From Mycobacterium leprae TN (GTDB lineage: Bacteria > Actinomycetota > Actinomycetes > Mycobacteriales > Mycobacteriaceae): a DNA stretch of 32,000 bases. This document shows positions 1 through 10,905 of this stretch, one piece after another. The position numbers were made by a program, and so were the translations under genes. The first letter of the stretch is position 1; every line of letters begins with the position of its first letter. The stretch is taken from positions 1,260,001-1,292,000 of the forward strand of contig NC_002677.1 in the NCBI RefSeq assembly GCF_000195855.1. Direction: 5' to 3'. The notes under the pieces were generated by a model. That model was not told the origin of the DNA, did no database searches, and saw only the letters and a list, made by a program, of their open reading frames with translations.

Positions 1-27
1 GGTTAACACTGGTGCTGGCGTTTGAGC

Positions 28-3000
28 TTAGCCGAACGCGGTGTCGAGGATCTCCTGTTGCTCGACGGCATGCACCTTCGACGAACCCGACGACGGCGCC
101 GACATGGCCCGCCGCGAAATCCTCTTGATCCCGGTGAGTCGGGGCAGCAGCTCGGGCAGCTCCAGGCCGAACCGCGGCCAGGCACCTTGATTGGCTGGCT
201 CCTCTTGCACCCAGAAGAACTCTTTGGCGTTCTCGTAGCGGTCCAGCGTTTCGCCGAGCCGGCGCCGCGGCAGCGGGGCCAGCTGTTCGATCCGCACGAT
301 CGCGACGTCGTCGCGGTTGTCCTTGATCTTGCGGGCGGCCAGCTCGTAGTAGAGCTTGCCGCAGGTCAACAGGACCCTGGTGACCTTGCTGCGGTCGTCG
401 ATGCTGTCCTCGTAGGTGGGTTCCTCCAGCACCGAACGGAACTTGATCTCGGTGAAGTCCTTGATATCACTGACTGCGGCCTTGTTGCGCAACATCGACT
501 TGGGCGTGAACACGATCAGTGGACGTTTAATGCCGTCGAGAGCGTGCCGGCGCAGCAAGTGGAAGTAGTTAGATGGAGTCGACGGCACCGCAAAGGTCAT
601 TGAGCCCTCCGCCCACAGCTGCAGGAAGCGTTCGATGCGGCCAGAGGTGTGGTCAGGGCCCTGCCCTTCGTGCCCGTGCGGCAATAGCAGCACCACTGTC
701 GACAACTGTCCCCACTTGGCCTCACCGGAGTTGATGAATTCGTCGATGATTGACTGTGCGCCGTTGACGAAGTCGCCGAACTGCGCCTCCCACAGCACCA
801 CGGCATCCGGGTTGCCTACCGTATAGCCGTACTCGAAACCGACAGCGGCATACTCCGACAGTGGCGAGTTGTAGACCAGAAACTTGCCGCCGGTGGGACT
901 GCCGTCGGGGTTATTGGCCAGCAGCTGTAACGGAGTGAATTCCTCGCCGGTGTGGCGGTCGATGATCACCGAATGCCGCTGCGAGAAGGTGCCACGCTTG
1001 GTGTCTTGGCCGGACAGCCGCACCAATTTGCCTTCCGCCACCAGCGACCCTAAGGCTAGCAACTCGGCGAAAGCCCAGTCGATCTTGCCTTCATAAGCCA
1101 TCTCCCGGCGTTTCTCGAGCACCGGCTGCACCCGCGGGTGCACGGTGAAACCTTCTGGTACCGCCAGGAAGGCGTCGCCGATGCGGGCCAGCAGTGCTTT
1201 GTCCACCGCGGTGGACAAACCCGCAGGGATCATCTGGTCAGACTCCACTGACTCGCTGGGCTGCACGCCGTGCTTTTCCAGGTCGCGTACCTCGTTGAAC
1301 ACCCGCTCCAGCTGGCCTTGGTAGTCGCGCAGCGCGTCCTCGGCTTCCTTCAAGGAAATGTCGCCACGGCCGATCAAGGCTTCGGTGTAACTCTTACGGG
1401 CGCCGCGCTTGGTGTCGACAACGTCGTACATGTACGGGTTCGTCATCGACGGATCGTCGCCCTCATTGTGCCCGCGCCGGCGGTAGCACAGCATGTCGAT
1501 AACGACGTCCTTTTTAAAACGCTGCCGAAAGTCGACCGCCAGCTTGGCTACCCACACGCAGGCTTCCGGGTCATCACCGTTGACGTGGAAGATCGGCGCG
1601 CCGATCATCTTGGCGACATCCGTGCAGTACTCGCTGGATCTGGAGTACTCCGGCGCGGTAGTGAAGCCGATCTGGTTGTTGACGATGATGTGGATGGTGC
1701 CGCCGACCCGGTAACCAGGCAGGTTCGCCAAGTTTAGCGTTTCGGCAACGACTCCTTGGCCGGCGAAGGCAGCGTCCCCGTGCAGCATCATTGGCACCAC
1801 CGAAAACGCTTCATCTTGGTTGCCATTGGTATCCTTGTTGAGTAGATCCTGCTTGGCCCGGACGAGACCTTCGAGCACGGGGTCCACGGCTTCCAAGTGT
1901 GAAGGGTTGGCGGTCAGCGATACTTGAATGTCGTTGTCGCCGAACATCTGCAGATACAAACCGGTAGCACCGAGGTGGTATTTGACGTCACCAGAGCTGT
2001 GCGCTAGTGTTGGGTTTAGATTGCCCTCGAATTCGGTGAAGATCTGTGAGTACGGCTTGCCGACGATGTTGGCCAATACGTTGAGCCGGCCGCGGTGTGG
2101 CATCCCGATGACCACTTCGTCCAGGCCATGCTTGGCGCACTGGTCGATCGCCGCATCCATCATCGGGATAACGCTTTCGGCGCCTTCTAGCGAGAAACGT
2201 TTCTGCCCGACGTACTTAGTATGCAGGAACGTTTCGAAGGCTTCGGCAGCGTTGAGCTTGCTCAGGATGTATTTCTGTTCGGCCACAGTCGGTTTGACGT
2301 TCTTGGTCTCGACCCGCTGTTGCAGCCATTCCTGTTGTTCGGGGTCGAGGATGTGGGTGTATTCCACGCCGATGTGGCGGCAGTAGGCGTCGCGAAGCAA
2401 GCCCAGCACGTCACGCAGTTTCTTGTATTTCCACCCGCCAAAGCCGTTGACTTTGAATACCCGATCCAGATCCCACAGCGTCAGGCCGTGGGTTAGCAAA
2501 TCGAGGTCAGGGTGACTGCGGAAGCGGGTGTTGTCCAACCGCAGCGGGTCGATATCGGCCATTAGATGGCCGCGGTTACGGTAGGCCGCGATCAACTCCA
2601 TGACGCGAGCGTTCTTGTCGACGATCGAGTCCGGGTTGTCGGTGCGCCAGCGCACCGGCAGATACGGGATGCTCAGCTCGCGAAAGATTTCGTCCCAGAA
2701 GCTGTCCGAGAGCACCATTTCGTGGATCGTGCGCAGGAAGTCACCTGATTCCGCACCCTGGATGATGCGGTGGTCGTAGGTTGAAGTTAGGGTGATCAGT
2801 TTGCCGATACCCAATTCGGCGATGCGCTCCGCGCTGGCGCCTTGAAACTCGGCGGGGTATTCCATGGCGCCCACGCCGATGATGGCGCCCTGGCCAGTCA
2901 TCAGCCGCGGCACCGAATGCACGGTGCCGATAGTGCCGGGGTTGGTAAGTGAAATCGTGACGCCGGCAAAGTCTTCGGCGGTCAGCTTACCGTCGCGCGC

Positions 3001-3744
3001 CCGGCGGACGATATCTTCGTAGGCGGTGACGAACTGTGCGAATCGCAATTCTTCGCAGCGCTTGATACCGGCCACCACCAAGGACCGCTTGCCGTCTTTA
3101 CCTTGCAGGTCGATCGCTAGGCCGAGATTGGTGTGGGCCGGTGTCACTGCGATGGGTTTGCCGTCGATCTCCGCGTAGTGCCGGTTGATGTTCGGGAACT
3201 TCTTGACCGCCTGCACTAACGCGTAGCCCAGCAAATGCGTGAAGGAGATCTTCCCGCCGCGGTTGCGCTTGAGCTGGTTGTTGATGACGGTCCGGTTGTC
3301 GATCATCAGCTTGGCTGGAACGGCTCGCACACTGGTCGCCGTCGGCACGTCCAGCGACGCGGACATATTTTTGACGACCACTGCGGCGGCACCGCGCAGC
3401 ACCTGCAACTCGTCACCTTCGATAGGCGGGGTAGTGGTGGTTTTGGCTGGAGCTGCGGCAGAGCCGGCTGCCGTGCCGTTCGCTACTGTTGGGGTGGTCG
3501 CGGGCTTGGCCCTGCTCGCTACCGGGTCAGCTGCCGCAGCTGGCTTTGCTTGTGGCGTGGCTGAGGGTTGTTTATCAGTGGAGGTAGGGTCCGTAAGTAC
3601 CGGTTCGGCGGTTGATTCGGGATTGTAGTCAACCAGGAATTCGTGCCAGCTCGGATCGACCGAGGAGGGGTCGTCGCGGAACTTGCGGTACATCTCTTCG
3701 ACCAACCATTCGTTTTGCCCGAATGGTGAACTTATGTTGGCCAC
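28..3744 (-). CDS. kgd: Multifunctional 2-oxoglutarate metabolism enzyme (alpha-ketoglutarate decarboxylase / 2-oxoglutarate dehydrogenase E1 with fused E2o-like succinyltransferase domain)
   Basis: Continuous ORF. N-terminus [39 protein letters not shown], an Ala/Pro linker, an E2-like domain ([29 protein letters not shown]), then the E1 ThDP domain ([37 protein letters not shown]). The ORF track starts at 3810, but the mycobacterial N-terminus [10 protein letters not shown] fits a GTG start at 3744 (1238 aa). Stop TAA is at 30-28. Confidence 0.97.
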   Translation of the reverse strand: MANISSPFGQNEWLVEEMYRKFRDDPSSVDPSWHEFLVDYNPESTAEPVLTDPTSTDKQPSATPQAKPAAAADPVASRAKPATTPTVANGTAAGSAAAPAKTTTTPPIEGDELQVLRGAAAVVVKNMSASLDVPTATSVRAVPAKLMIDNRTVINNQLKRNRGGKISFTHLLGYALVQAVKKFPNINRHYAEIDGKPIAVTPAHTNLGLAIDLQGKDGKRSLVVAGIKRCEELRFAQFVTAYEDIVRRARDGKLTAEDFAGVTISLTNPGTIGTVHSVPRLMTGQGAIIGVGAMEYPAEFQGASAERIAELGIGKLITLTSTYDHRIIQGAESGDFLRTIHEMVLSDSFWDEIFRELSIPYLPVRWRTDNPDSIVDKNARVMELIAAYRNRGHLMADIDPLRLDNTRFRSHPDLDLLTHGLTLWDLDRVFKVNGFGGWKYKKLRDVLGLLRDAYCRHIGVEYTHILDPEQQEWLQQRVETKNVKPTVAEQKYILSKLNAAEAFETFLHTKYVGQKRFSLEGAESVIPMMDAAIDQCAKHGLDEVVIGMPHRGRLNVLANIVGKPYSQIFTEFEGNLNPTLAHSSGDVKYHLGATGLYLQMFGDNDIQVSLTANPSHLEAVDPVLEGLVRAKQDLLNKDTNGNQDEAFSVVPMMLHGDAAFAGQGVVAETLNLANLPGYRVGGTIHIIVNNQIGFTTAPEYSRSSEYCTDVAKMIGAPIFHVNGDDPEACVWVAKLAVDFRQRFKKDVVIDMLCYRRRGHNEGDDPSMTNPYMYDVVDTKRGARKSYTEALIGRGDISLKEAEDALRDYQGQLERVFNEVRDLEKHGVQPSESVESDQMIPAGLSTAVDKALLARIGDAFLAVPEGFTVHPRVQPVLEKRREMAYEGKIDWAFAELLALGSLVAEGKLVRLSGQDTKRGTFSQRHSVIIDRHTGEEFTPLQLLANNPDGSPTGGKFLVYNSPLSEYAAVGFEYGYTVGNPDAVVLWEAQFGDFVNGAQSIIDEFINSGEAKWGQLSTVVLLLPHGHEGQGPDHTSGRIERFLQLWAEGSMTFAVPSTPSNYFHLLRRHALDGIKRPLIVFTPKSMLRNKAAVSDIKDFTEIKFRSVLEEPTYEDSIDDRSKVTRVLLTCGKLYYELAARKIKDNRDDVAIVRIEQLAPLPRRRLGETLDRYENAKEFFWVQEEPANQGAWPRFGLELPELLPRLTGIKRISRRAMSAPSSGSSKVHAVEQQEILDTAFG

Positions 3745-3931
3745 GGCCGCTGTTCGCCTCAATTCTTCTGTCCTGCAAGCGCATTGCGCGACACTTGCAA
3801 CTTTCTGCACCTTGGTTGGCGGGGTACCCCGTCACACCCGTCGCGGTCTTGAACGGTCTCAGTCCCCACATAGAGGCTATCGTTTCGGCTGCGATTAGCC
3901 AGACAGAGGGGGCCTCGTGCCTAGTTGACGT

Positions 3932-4711
3932 CTAACCAGCGTTATGAACCGTCGGTAGCAGGATCAGAGTGGCTGGCCAGCGTGACGGCGCGGTGCCGAA
4001 AGCGTTGCGGGTATTGCTTATAATCTTCTTGCCCACTACGCGGTTGCCAGCGCCGCCTACCGCGGCGCCGATACCGATCGGGAGTATTTTGCCGAACATC
4101 AGCGCTCCGCGACGCACTGTGCACCGTTTGGCGGCATATCTGAGCATCCGTGTGTGTAACTGGGACCACGTCGACAGCGGCAGTGAGGCCATGCCCTCTA
4201 ACAGCCAACCCCCGTTGGTGCGGCCCGGACCGATCAGTTCACCTATGGTAAGCCTGGTGTCGTCTCCGGCTAGCACGGCCAACACCAGCGCGCGGCGTCG
4301 TTCCCGATGGTTGGCGGGGATGCCGTACACCGATGCGATCGTCAGTACGAAGACCGCGGTCGCCTCCAGGAAGAACACCGTTTCGCCTGCGTTTGCCGAC
4401 ACTGCAGCCAACGTTCCGATCCCGGGCAACGTGGCTACCGAGCCCACTACCGCACCGCTCGCGGTCAACGCGGCCAGGTAGTGCTTTTCCAGCTTGGCAA
4501 CGATCTCGGTTGGGCTGGCACTTGGGTGTGTGCGTCGCAGCCGGGCCACGTAAGCTTCCGCCGCCGGGCCCTGTATCCACACACTACGCTCGATAACCTG
4601 CGCCAATGCCCGGGTAGACGCTTTGGGCTGGCCGCCTGTAGTGGCTGGAATTTGGTCCGGCTCGGACTTACTCCAAAACCTATTCTGAGGGCCGTTCCGT
4701 CGGGTGCACAT
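3932..4711 (-). CDS. Conserved mycobacterial membrane protein (Rv1249c-like)
   Basis: Open 259-aa ORF directly upstream of kgd on the same strand, with hydrophobic segments (AALTASGAVVGSVATLPGIGTLAAVSA; IGIGAAVGGAGNRVVGKKI). Position matches Rv1249c synteny. Exact start uncertain. Confidence 0.8.
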   Translation of the reverse strand: MCTRRNGPQNRFWSKSEPDQIPATTGGQPKASTRALAQVIERSVWIQGPAAEAYVARLRRTHPSASPTEIVAKLEKHYLAALTASGAVVGSVATLPGIGTLAAVSANAGETVFFLEATAVFVLTIASVYGIPANHRERRRALVLAVLAGDDTRLTIGELIGPGRTNGGWLLEGMASLPLSTWSQLHTRMLRYAAKRCTVRRGALMFGKILPIGIGAAVGGAGNRVVGKKIISNTRNAFGTAPSRWPATLILLPTVHNAG

Positions 4712-5076
4712 GTTGCCTCTCCTGTGAATGGCGTGCCTTTATGCTAACGCTAGTTTGGTTCGTAGCCGTGTAGAGCCGAAATAATGCCGGGCCGCGCACG
4801 TGGCACCAAGTTCGAAGTTCGCTGGCGTCTTGTTGGGTTGCCCAGCCGCAATAATGCGGGCTGGGTATTAATATTGCTTAGGTTGGTGACGATGCGGGTC
4901 GTCGACCAGACGGGGAGGGATATTCCGGAACAATGAGGGATTATTGATGATCTGCCAACTTGACGTTGCCGATGCCGGTCAGCTGCATCCCCGGTACCGG
5001 GGCTAAACAACCACCCATGCCTGGACGCATGCCATGGCTGCGTGTCGCGGCATCAGGAGGTGAACGAGGTGGGTAG

Positions 5077-6465
5077 ATGACCTCGGCCCGGATCGACTCC
5101 ACAAACCCGTGGTATTCGCTGTGGACGGTGGTGACCGATTTCTTCATGATCGTGCTCGACTCGAACATCGTCGCTATCGCGCGATTTGCCTATCATGGCC
5201 GACTTGCATGTCGAGTATGACGCTGTGGTTTGGGTGACCAGTGCCTATTGGTTGGGATATGTGGTGTTGTTGCTGGTAGCAGGGCAGCACTGCCATGCTG
5301 GTTGCTGCACGGATCGTGCAAGATGTTGGTGCTGGGGAGGCTTACCCCGCAAACTTGGTCGACGATGACCCGGATCTTTCCAACGTAGCGTCGCGGTGCC
5401 GCGAGGAACGTGTGTGCAGCGGCGACTATCGGCGCCGCCAGTCTGTTGGGACTGTTGGCTGGTCGACGTGCTGGGCTGGCAGTGGATTTTTTCATTAATG
5501 TCCGTCGGTATCTATCGGCTCGGCCATGGCGGTTTGGTTTGGGGCTGGTGCTGTCCACCCAGGGGCACCGGTTCGACTTGATCAGCGTCGGGCTATCCGA
5601 GTCGGGTACGTTTTTGATCGTCTTTCGACTATAGCAGGGGCAAGTTGTTGATTGGGTGCCGTGGGTCTGGGCGACCGCTCGTTGCAGGCGTCGGGTTTCT
5701 GGCTACATTCGTCAACTGGCAGGCAGTACAACACCCGCGAGTCGCTGATTCCACTAGATATTTTCGGCTACAGGGACTTCAGCCTGCACAACGTCGGGGT
5801 GGCGATTATGGCGTTCGCGACGATAGCGCTGCTGCAGCTGATGTTCTATGCGCAGGCGGTGTGCGGGCAGTGTCGACCCACGTGGCGCTGCTGATCGCGC
5901 TGCCGGCGATCACCAATGGTGTACTGGCGCCAGTTGCCGGCATTATCGTCGACCGGTACCAGCCGCGGTCTGTCTTTGGTTTCGGCTTTTCGATGCTGGC
6001 GATCGCGCTGACGTGGCTTTCGTTTGAGATGGACCCGGGTACGCTAATCTGTCGGTTGATGTTGCCGCCCAGCGCAATCGATCCCGGGCGGCGGGAACGC
6101 GTTCGGCTGCTCCAACGCTTTAACGTTGCTCGAGTGGCTGCGCTACTCGTTCTCGGCTGCAATGTCGGAGTCTATGTTGCTGCCCGCGTGCATCGCTTTG
6201 TTCGGAATTATTGCCGCACTATTCATGGTCGACGGCACGGTTTCGGTGATGAGCCGTGTAGCCGGCGGGGGACTCGGCCCCTTCCCCAACGGCGACGGTG
6301 GTTATGACAATGATGACTATGTCGAGTTAATCTTTCATCGCGCGCCGGACATCGACGCGAGGCCGGATGTCGAGCCTGAATCGGTATGTGATATTGAATC
6401 TACAATAGTGCGGTTCCGACGCCTGCAGCTGGGCACCGCCCGAAGGATGGCACAACGTTCCGTGT
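5077..6465 (+). pseudogene. Degraded MFS drug-transport protein (Rv1250-like)
   Basis: ATG at 5077 gives MTSARIDSTNPWYSLWTVVTDFFMIVLDSNIVAIA, continuing after frame changes as ADLHVEYDAVVWVTSAYWLGYVVLLLVAGQ, ...[53 protein letters not shown] and ...AMSESMLLPACIALFGIIAALFMVDG. These are typical 14-TM MFS motifs spread over several frames. Confidence 0.88.
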
Positions 6466-6647
6466 AATCGTGGCATAGCTTGCTCGCCGATTCCGACTCG
6501 GTACCGACGTCAACTGAACCGATTATCTTGGTCCACAAAGGTACTCACCTCAACGGCGAGCAGCAATTTCACCGTATCGCCGAAGTGATTTCGTGGACGG
6601 TCGGTTACCGTCTTGATTGACTCGCGGAAGATGAGACACCGCCAAAT

Positions 6648-9600
6648 CTAGGGCTTATCTAGTCTAGATTCCAGTCGGCCGGTCCCATTGAATGTCGTCA
6701 GCGTCAAAAACGCGCCCAAGTCAATCAGGCCAACAGGCGTAGCGGGCAGATACTCTGTCAATGTCTCTGAGCGCACGATCACTGCCGCATATTGTGCCCG
6801 ACTGACGGCAACGTTGAGCCGATTCCTGTTGAGCAAGAATGAAATTCCGCGTGGCACCACTTCAACAGATGAGGATGTCATCGAGATGAAGACTACTGGG
6901 GCTTGCCCGCCCTGGAATTTGTCCACTGTTCCTACCCGGACCCCACTGAACCCGGCCGACATCAATTGTTGACGAACCAGTGCCACCTGGGCGTTATATG
7001 GTGCCAGCACCAATATGTCCGAGACGTCCAACGGTCGGGTGCCGTGTTCGTCGGTCCACGGCGTGCCGAGCAGCCGCTCGATCTCGGCGGTGATTGCACC
7101 GGCCTCTTCGGGGCTCTCTGTCGAGTTGCCTTGGTGGTGAACGGCCAGAACGTGCACGCCGGGTTGATACTCGTTGAGGCGCCGTGCTGCCGTGTACTCG
7201 GTGTGGGCATGCAGTTTACCTTCGTAGGACAGTGTCGAGACTGCGGCACAGATCGCCGGATGCATCCGGTAGGAGCGGTCCAGAAAGTAGCCGCGTTCAT
7301 TGGGCAGGGTTCGCTGACCCTCAACTAGCCAATCCAACGCGGACGTATTGACCGGTTCGGGATGAGTTCCTTGACTGACCTGTGGTAGCTGTTGCGGGTC
7401 TCCGAGCAACATGAGATTCGCCGCCGCGGGCGCCACGGCTATGGTGTTGGCCAAGCAGAACTGGCCGGCTTCGTCGATGACCAGCAAATCGAGACTACCC
7501 GGAGGAACCCGATTGCGATTGGCGAAATCCCATGCCGTACCACCGATCACGCATCCCATGGGGTCGGCGATGAAAGTGGGGTAATCGTTCCCGTCGATCT
7601 CCTGCCAGGGCGGAGCGCTGCGATCATGCCGTTTCTTTGCGACTTGTCGCGCATCGAGGCCGGCTGTTATCACGCCGTCTAAGAGGTTCTCAACCGCGGC
7701 GTGCGATTGCGCGACAACGCCAATGCGCCAGGAGTGGTTGCTGACCAATTGCGTGATGACGTGTGCTGCAGTGTGCGTCTTGCCGGTCCCGGGTGGTCCG
7801 TGCACGGCCAGGTACGACGAATCCAGGTCCAGCACCGCAGCTGTAATGTCAGCGACCGTATCGGTGCCGCGCGGTAGCGTAGCGCCACTGTGGGTTCGGG
7901 GAATGCGGCGCAAAAGAATGTCAATCAGCGCGGTGCGGGGTAGTTGCGGCAAACTGGCGGCCAGTGTAGTGGCAGTTGACTCAATCGAATCTCGCAGGGC
8001 CGTTGTTGCTATTGGTGGTCCTGGAGTCAGCGCGAACGGCAACTGGTGGAATGTGTTGCCGTCATTTCCTACTCGTTCGACAATGACCACCTCAGTCGGT
8101 ATCGACAGGTCGTCGGCCTCGACAACCTCGGCCCGGCCGGCGGCTCGCCGCCCGGGATGGACGTCCATAGCTAGCGGGGCGGGAGGGTCATAGAGTGCAA
8201 AGACCGCCGAGCCGAGGTTGCCACGTGCCAATCTGCCGCGCAGCCGCACCCGACGTTGTGGCTTGCGAGCGCGAGGAGGCGTGTGCCAGTCGATGATGAT
8301 CGATGCGTCGTCGGCAACGAAGACGTCTGTGTTGTCTGCCCATTCGCCAACAGGGAAGTTCAGTCGGTCGAAGTGCCCCCACCAGAACGGCTTGTCTTCG
8401 CGTCGATGGTAGCCGCGTGCCGCAGCCACCAAGGCGATCGCGGTTTGCTCGGGTGTACGGTCGCCGACGGCTACATCGCCAGTGAAACCCGACAAGGCTG
8501 ACAAAATTGCCGAAAGCTCGTCATCGTCCTTGACAGTGTTTCCTTCGGGAACTGGTTGGGCACCAACCGGTACGACACCGGCTTCATAAGCTTGCAGCAG
8601 CAGCCAGTTACGTAATTCACGAGTGGACCTGCAGTCGTAATGGTTGTAGTCTTCGATCTCCTTGAGCACGGTTGCCGCCTCATCAAAATTTCCTGCGGAA
8701 AGCAATTCGCAGTACCTTCCATAGCAGGTGATCGAATCTGTGGCGGTAGTTACATCGCCGGAGCGTAGTTGTTTCCCCATGTACAGCGGCTCGAGTGCCT
8801 TCAGGCTAAAGGATTCTGCACCTACGCGAATGCTCTTACTTACCAAAGGATAAAGGTCAACCAACGTTCCGCTGCGCAGTAGCTCGTCGACTTCATCCTC
8901 GCAGACTCCGTATCGTCCGGCGAGTCGCAACAGCGCAGTCTTTTCGTAGGGTGCGTAATGGTAGACGTGCATATGCGGTCGCTGCTTACGGCGCTTTGTC
9001 ACCATCTTCAGAAATTCAGTAAGCGCCTTGCGTTCTTCCACCCGGTTGTGCGCCCACAGAGGGCGAAAGGTCCCGGAGATTTCGGAGTCCAAGACTCCGA
9101 AAAGGTATTCTAGACCCCATTCTTGGCCGTCGACTGTCCACAGCGGATCACCTTCGAAGTCGAAGAACAGATCACCGGGATCTGGATCGGGCAATAGCGC
9201 CAGCGGTTGCGGGTCAACGATCTCGAATTGCGGAGTACCGGTATTACGTTGTTGGACTTGTAATTTGGCCTGTGCAGTTAACTCGCTGAGCGCACTAGAA
9301 GACAAGTCGGGTACCGGGCCGGAATGATCGGCCAGTTCGGCTATGGTAGTTATGCCGACATTAAGTAGCTTGCTGCGCTGGCTTATTCGCATACCCGCGA
9401 TTAGCAGCAGATCGTCGGTCGCACGCAGCTGTTCGGTGCACTGTGGACAGCGAAAACAGGACCGCACTTCGTCGTCTTGCCAACGCACCGCCGTGCCTGC
9501 GGTATAGTGGCGGTCGAGTAGCCGCTGCAGTAGAGAGCGTTGAGACCGGTAGACCGGGATAAGGTCGCAGATCCGGTAGGAAACGACCATTCCGTCGCCC

Positions 9601-10106
9601 AGCCGCAGTTCTGCCTCAGGTGCTACCGGGACGCCCGAGTGAGCCAGCGCATCAGCGTAAGCGGCCAGCTGTAACAACGCGGTGACTTTCGGTGAGCGTG
9701 CAAGCTTGGTATCAACGACTCGATATTGTTCGCCATCTCGTACCAGGAAGTCGATGAACCCGACGAAGCGGCCGTCGAACATTGCCGCCTGATACACCGC
9801 CGGAGCACGGTTGGCGATCGCCCGCTGGGTCGCCTCGGCTGCGGCGGCAAACCCGGCGTATGTGTATGCTGGACGGCCAATGACTGCAACCGCATCCCCG
9901 AACTCGTGGCGTAGTTGGTCAAGGTGACGTTGCTCATGGTCGGCGCCCAGAGCGCTGGTTCGTGCGAACAATTCGTCTTCGGTGGTGGCTACTACGGGGC
10001 CGCGACCCAATCTCGCGTCGAAATCCCGCAATAGAGCGTACTCGCACCGAGATGCGGCGGCGAGATCCGACGCACTGTAGACGATGGTCTCGTCGGTGAC
10101 GAACAC
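6648..10106 (-). CDS. TM0106-family RecB/Cas4-like nuclease fused to a DEDD-type exonuclease (RNase H-like) domain and an SF1 (UPF1-like) helicase; Rv1251c-like
   Basis: 1152-aa ORF. N-terminal YSASDLAAASRCEYALLRDFDARLGR with CFRCPQC cysteines; central DLFFDFEGDP / YHYAPYEKTALLRL / YNHYDCRSTRELRNWL; helicase motifs GPPGTGKTHTA, IDEAGQF, LLGDPQQLPQV, LDRSYRMHPAI, GVRVGTVDKFQGGQAPVVFISM and LLNRNRLNVAVSRAQ. Confidence 0.9.
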   Translation of the reverse strand: MFVTDETIVYSASDLAAASRCEYALLRDFDARLGRGPVVATTEDELFARTSALGADHEQRHLDQLRHEFGDAVAVIGRPAYTYAGFAAAAEATQRAIANRAPAVYQAAMFDGRFVGFIDFLVRDGEQYRVVDTKLARSPKVTALLQLAAYADALAHSGVPVAPEAELRLGDGMVVSYRICDLIPVYRSQRSLLQRLLDRHYTAGTAVRWQDDEVRSCFRCPQCTEQLRATDDLLLIAGMRISQRSKLLNVGITTIAELADHSGPVPDLSSSALSELTAQAKLQVQQRNTGTPQFEIVDPQPLALLPDPDPGDLFFDFEGDPLWTVDGQEWGLEYLFGVLDSEISGTFRPLWAHNRVEERKALTEFLKMVTKRRKQRPHMHVYHYAPYEKTALLRLAGRYGVCEDEVDELLRSGTLVDLYPLVSKSIRVGAESFSLKALEPLYMGKQLRSGDVTTATDSITCYGRYCELLSAGNFDEAATVLKEIEDYNHYDCRSTRELRNWLLLQAYEAGVVPVGAQPVPEGNTVKDDDELSAILSALSGFTGDVAVGDRTPEQTAIALVAAARGYHRREDKPFWWGHFDRLNFPVGEWADNTDVFVADDASIIIDWHTPPRARKPQRRVRLRGRLARGNLGSAVFALYDPPAPLAMDVHPGRRAAGRAEVVEADDLSIPTEVVIVERVGNDGNTFHQLPFALTPGPPIATTALRDSIESTATTLAASLPQLPRTALIDILLRRIPRTHSGATLPRGTDTVADITAAVLDLDSSYLAVHGPPGTGKTHTAAHVITQLVSNHSWRIGVVAQSHAAVENLLDGVITAGLDARQVAKKRHDRSAPPWQEIDGNDYPTFIADPMGCVIGGTAWDFANRNRVPPGSLDLLVIDEAGQFCLANTIAVAPAAANLMLLGDPQQLPQVSQGTHPEPVNTSALDWLVEGQRTLPNERGYFLDRSYRMHPAICAAVSTLSYEGKLHAHTEYTAARRLNEYQPGVHVLAVHHQGNSTESPEEAGAITAEIERLLGTPWTDEHGTRPLDVSDILVLAPYNAQVALVRQQLMSAGFSGVRVGTVDKFQGGQAPVVFISMTSSSVEVVPRGISFLLNRNRLNVAVSRAQYAAVIVRSETLTEYLPATPVGLIDLGAFLTLTTFNGTGRLESRLDKP

Positions 10107-10156
10107 AGCAACAACTGTAGGTGAGAGGGTTCGGACGGTAACGGAGTGCCGCTTGG

Positions 10157-10765
10157 CTAGCCGCCGGCGATGTTACTGATGAGCTCTACCGCGTTGCCGT
10201 TCCAATGGAACCTCACAGCGGTGGCTAAGCCGTCAATGCTGCTAGGGTATGTCAACGCCACCGTGTCGCCAGTGGTTTGCGCTGGGTCAATGCCGTTGAA
10301 CCCGTAGGTGTCAGGAACACCTTGCGGGATGAATCGGCCAAGATGAAACAGCACAGCCCGGGTGGTGGGGTTGACCGCGTTCGTGTTGGCCTTAATGATC
10401 ACCGCCGATAGCTGAGCGCACTCGTTGTAATTACCGGCCAATGGTTCTGGATTCCAGGGCTGCGCACTGCGCGGATCGCGGGGCAGCTCAGAGACCACCC
10501 TGGCGATTGTGGGTGAGGCAAGATTGACCGCGCACGGATCGTCCGGTGGTGTGTTGCTGGTGGGCGGGGCAGCTGTTGCGAATGGCGGGCTCGGTGCACT
10601 GGAGATGATGGTTGAAATGGTCCCGGTGGTGGTAGAGGGGGGCACTGGCGTCTTTGCAACCGTGGAGTCCCCGGAACTACAGCCGGTTAATGTCCCGGAG
10701 ACCAACACGACAGCTGCCACGCCCAGTAGTGACTTGCGACAGGGTAGTGACCACACATCGCGCAC
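10157..10765 (-). CDS. lprE: Lipoprotein LprE (Rv1252c-like)
   Basis: 202-aa ORF with signal peptide and lipobox (MRDVWSLPCRKSLLGVAAVVLVSGTLTGC|SSGDST). Syntenic downstream neighbour of the Rv1251c-like gene. Confidence 0.88.
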   Translation of the reverse strand: MRDVWSLPCRKSLLGVAAVVLVSGTLTGCSSGDSTVAKTPVPPSTTTGTISTIISSAPSPPFATAAPPTSNTPPDDPCAVNLASPTIARVVSELPRDPRSAQPWNPEPLAGNYNECAQLSAVIIKANTNAVNPTTRAVLFHLGRFIPQGVPDTYGFNGIDPAQTTGDTVALTYPSSIDGLATAVRFHWNGNAVELISNIAGG

Positions 10766-10905
10766 GGTACCGCCTGCCGTCGTAAACGTTCGCAGTTGTA
10801 CTGCTGATGCAGCGTGTCACGGTACGAACACGATCGCTCGCGACCCAGGCATTCGCTGCGTCCAGCTCCGCTAGGTTGGCGATCACCATTAAAACTTCAT
10901 GTGCG

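Noticed and set aside
22-603. 193-aa + strand ORF opposite the kgd C-terminus
   Set aside because: Antisense shadow ORF in GC-rich coding DNA; the minus-strand kgd frame is unambiguous.
1270-1737. 155-aa + strand ORF inside kgd
   Set aside because: Shadow ORF antisense to conserved 2-oxoglutarate dehydrogenase coding sequence.
6656-6672. Short tctagtctaga palindrome
   Set aside because: Only 5-bp arms, expected by chance at this scale.
10509-10874. 121-aa + strand ORF opposite lprE
   Set aside because: Antisense to the lprE signal peptide and N-terminal region; no independent support.
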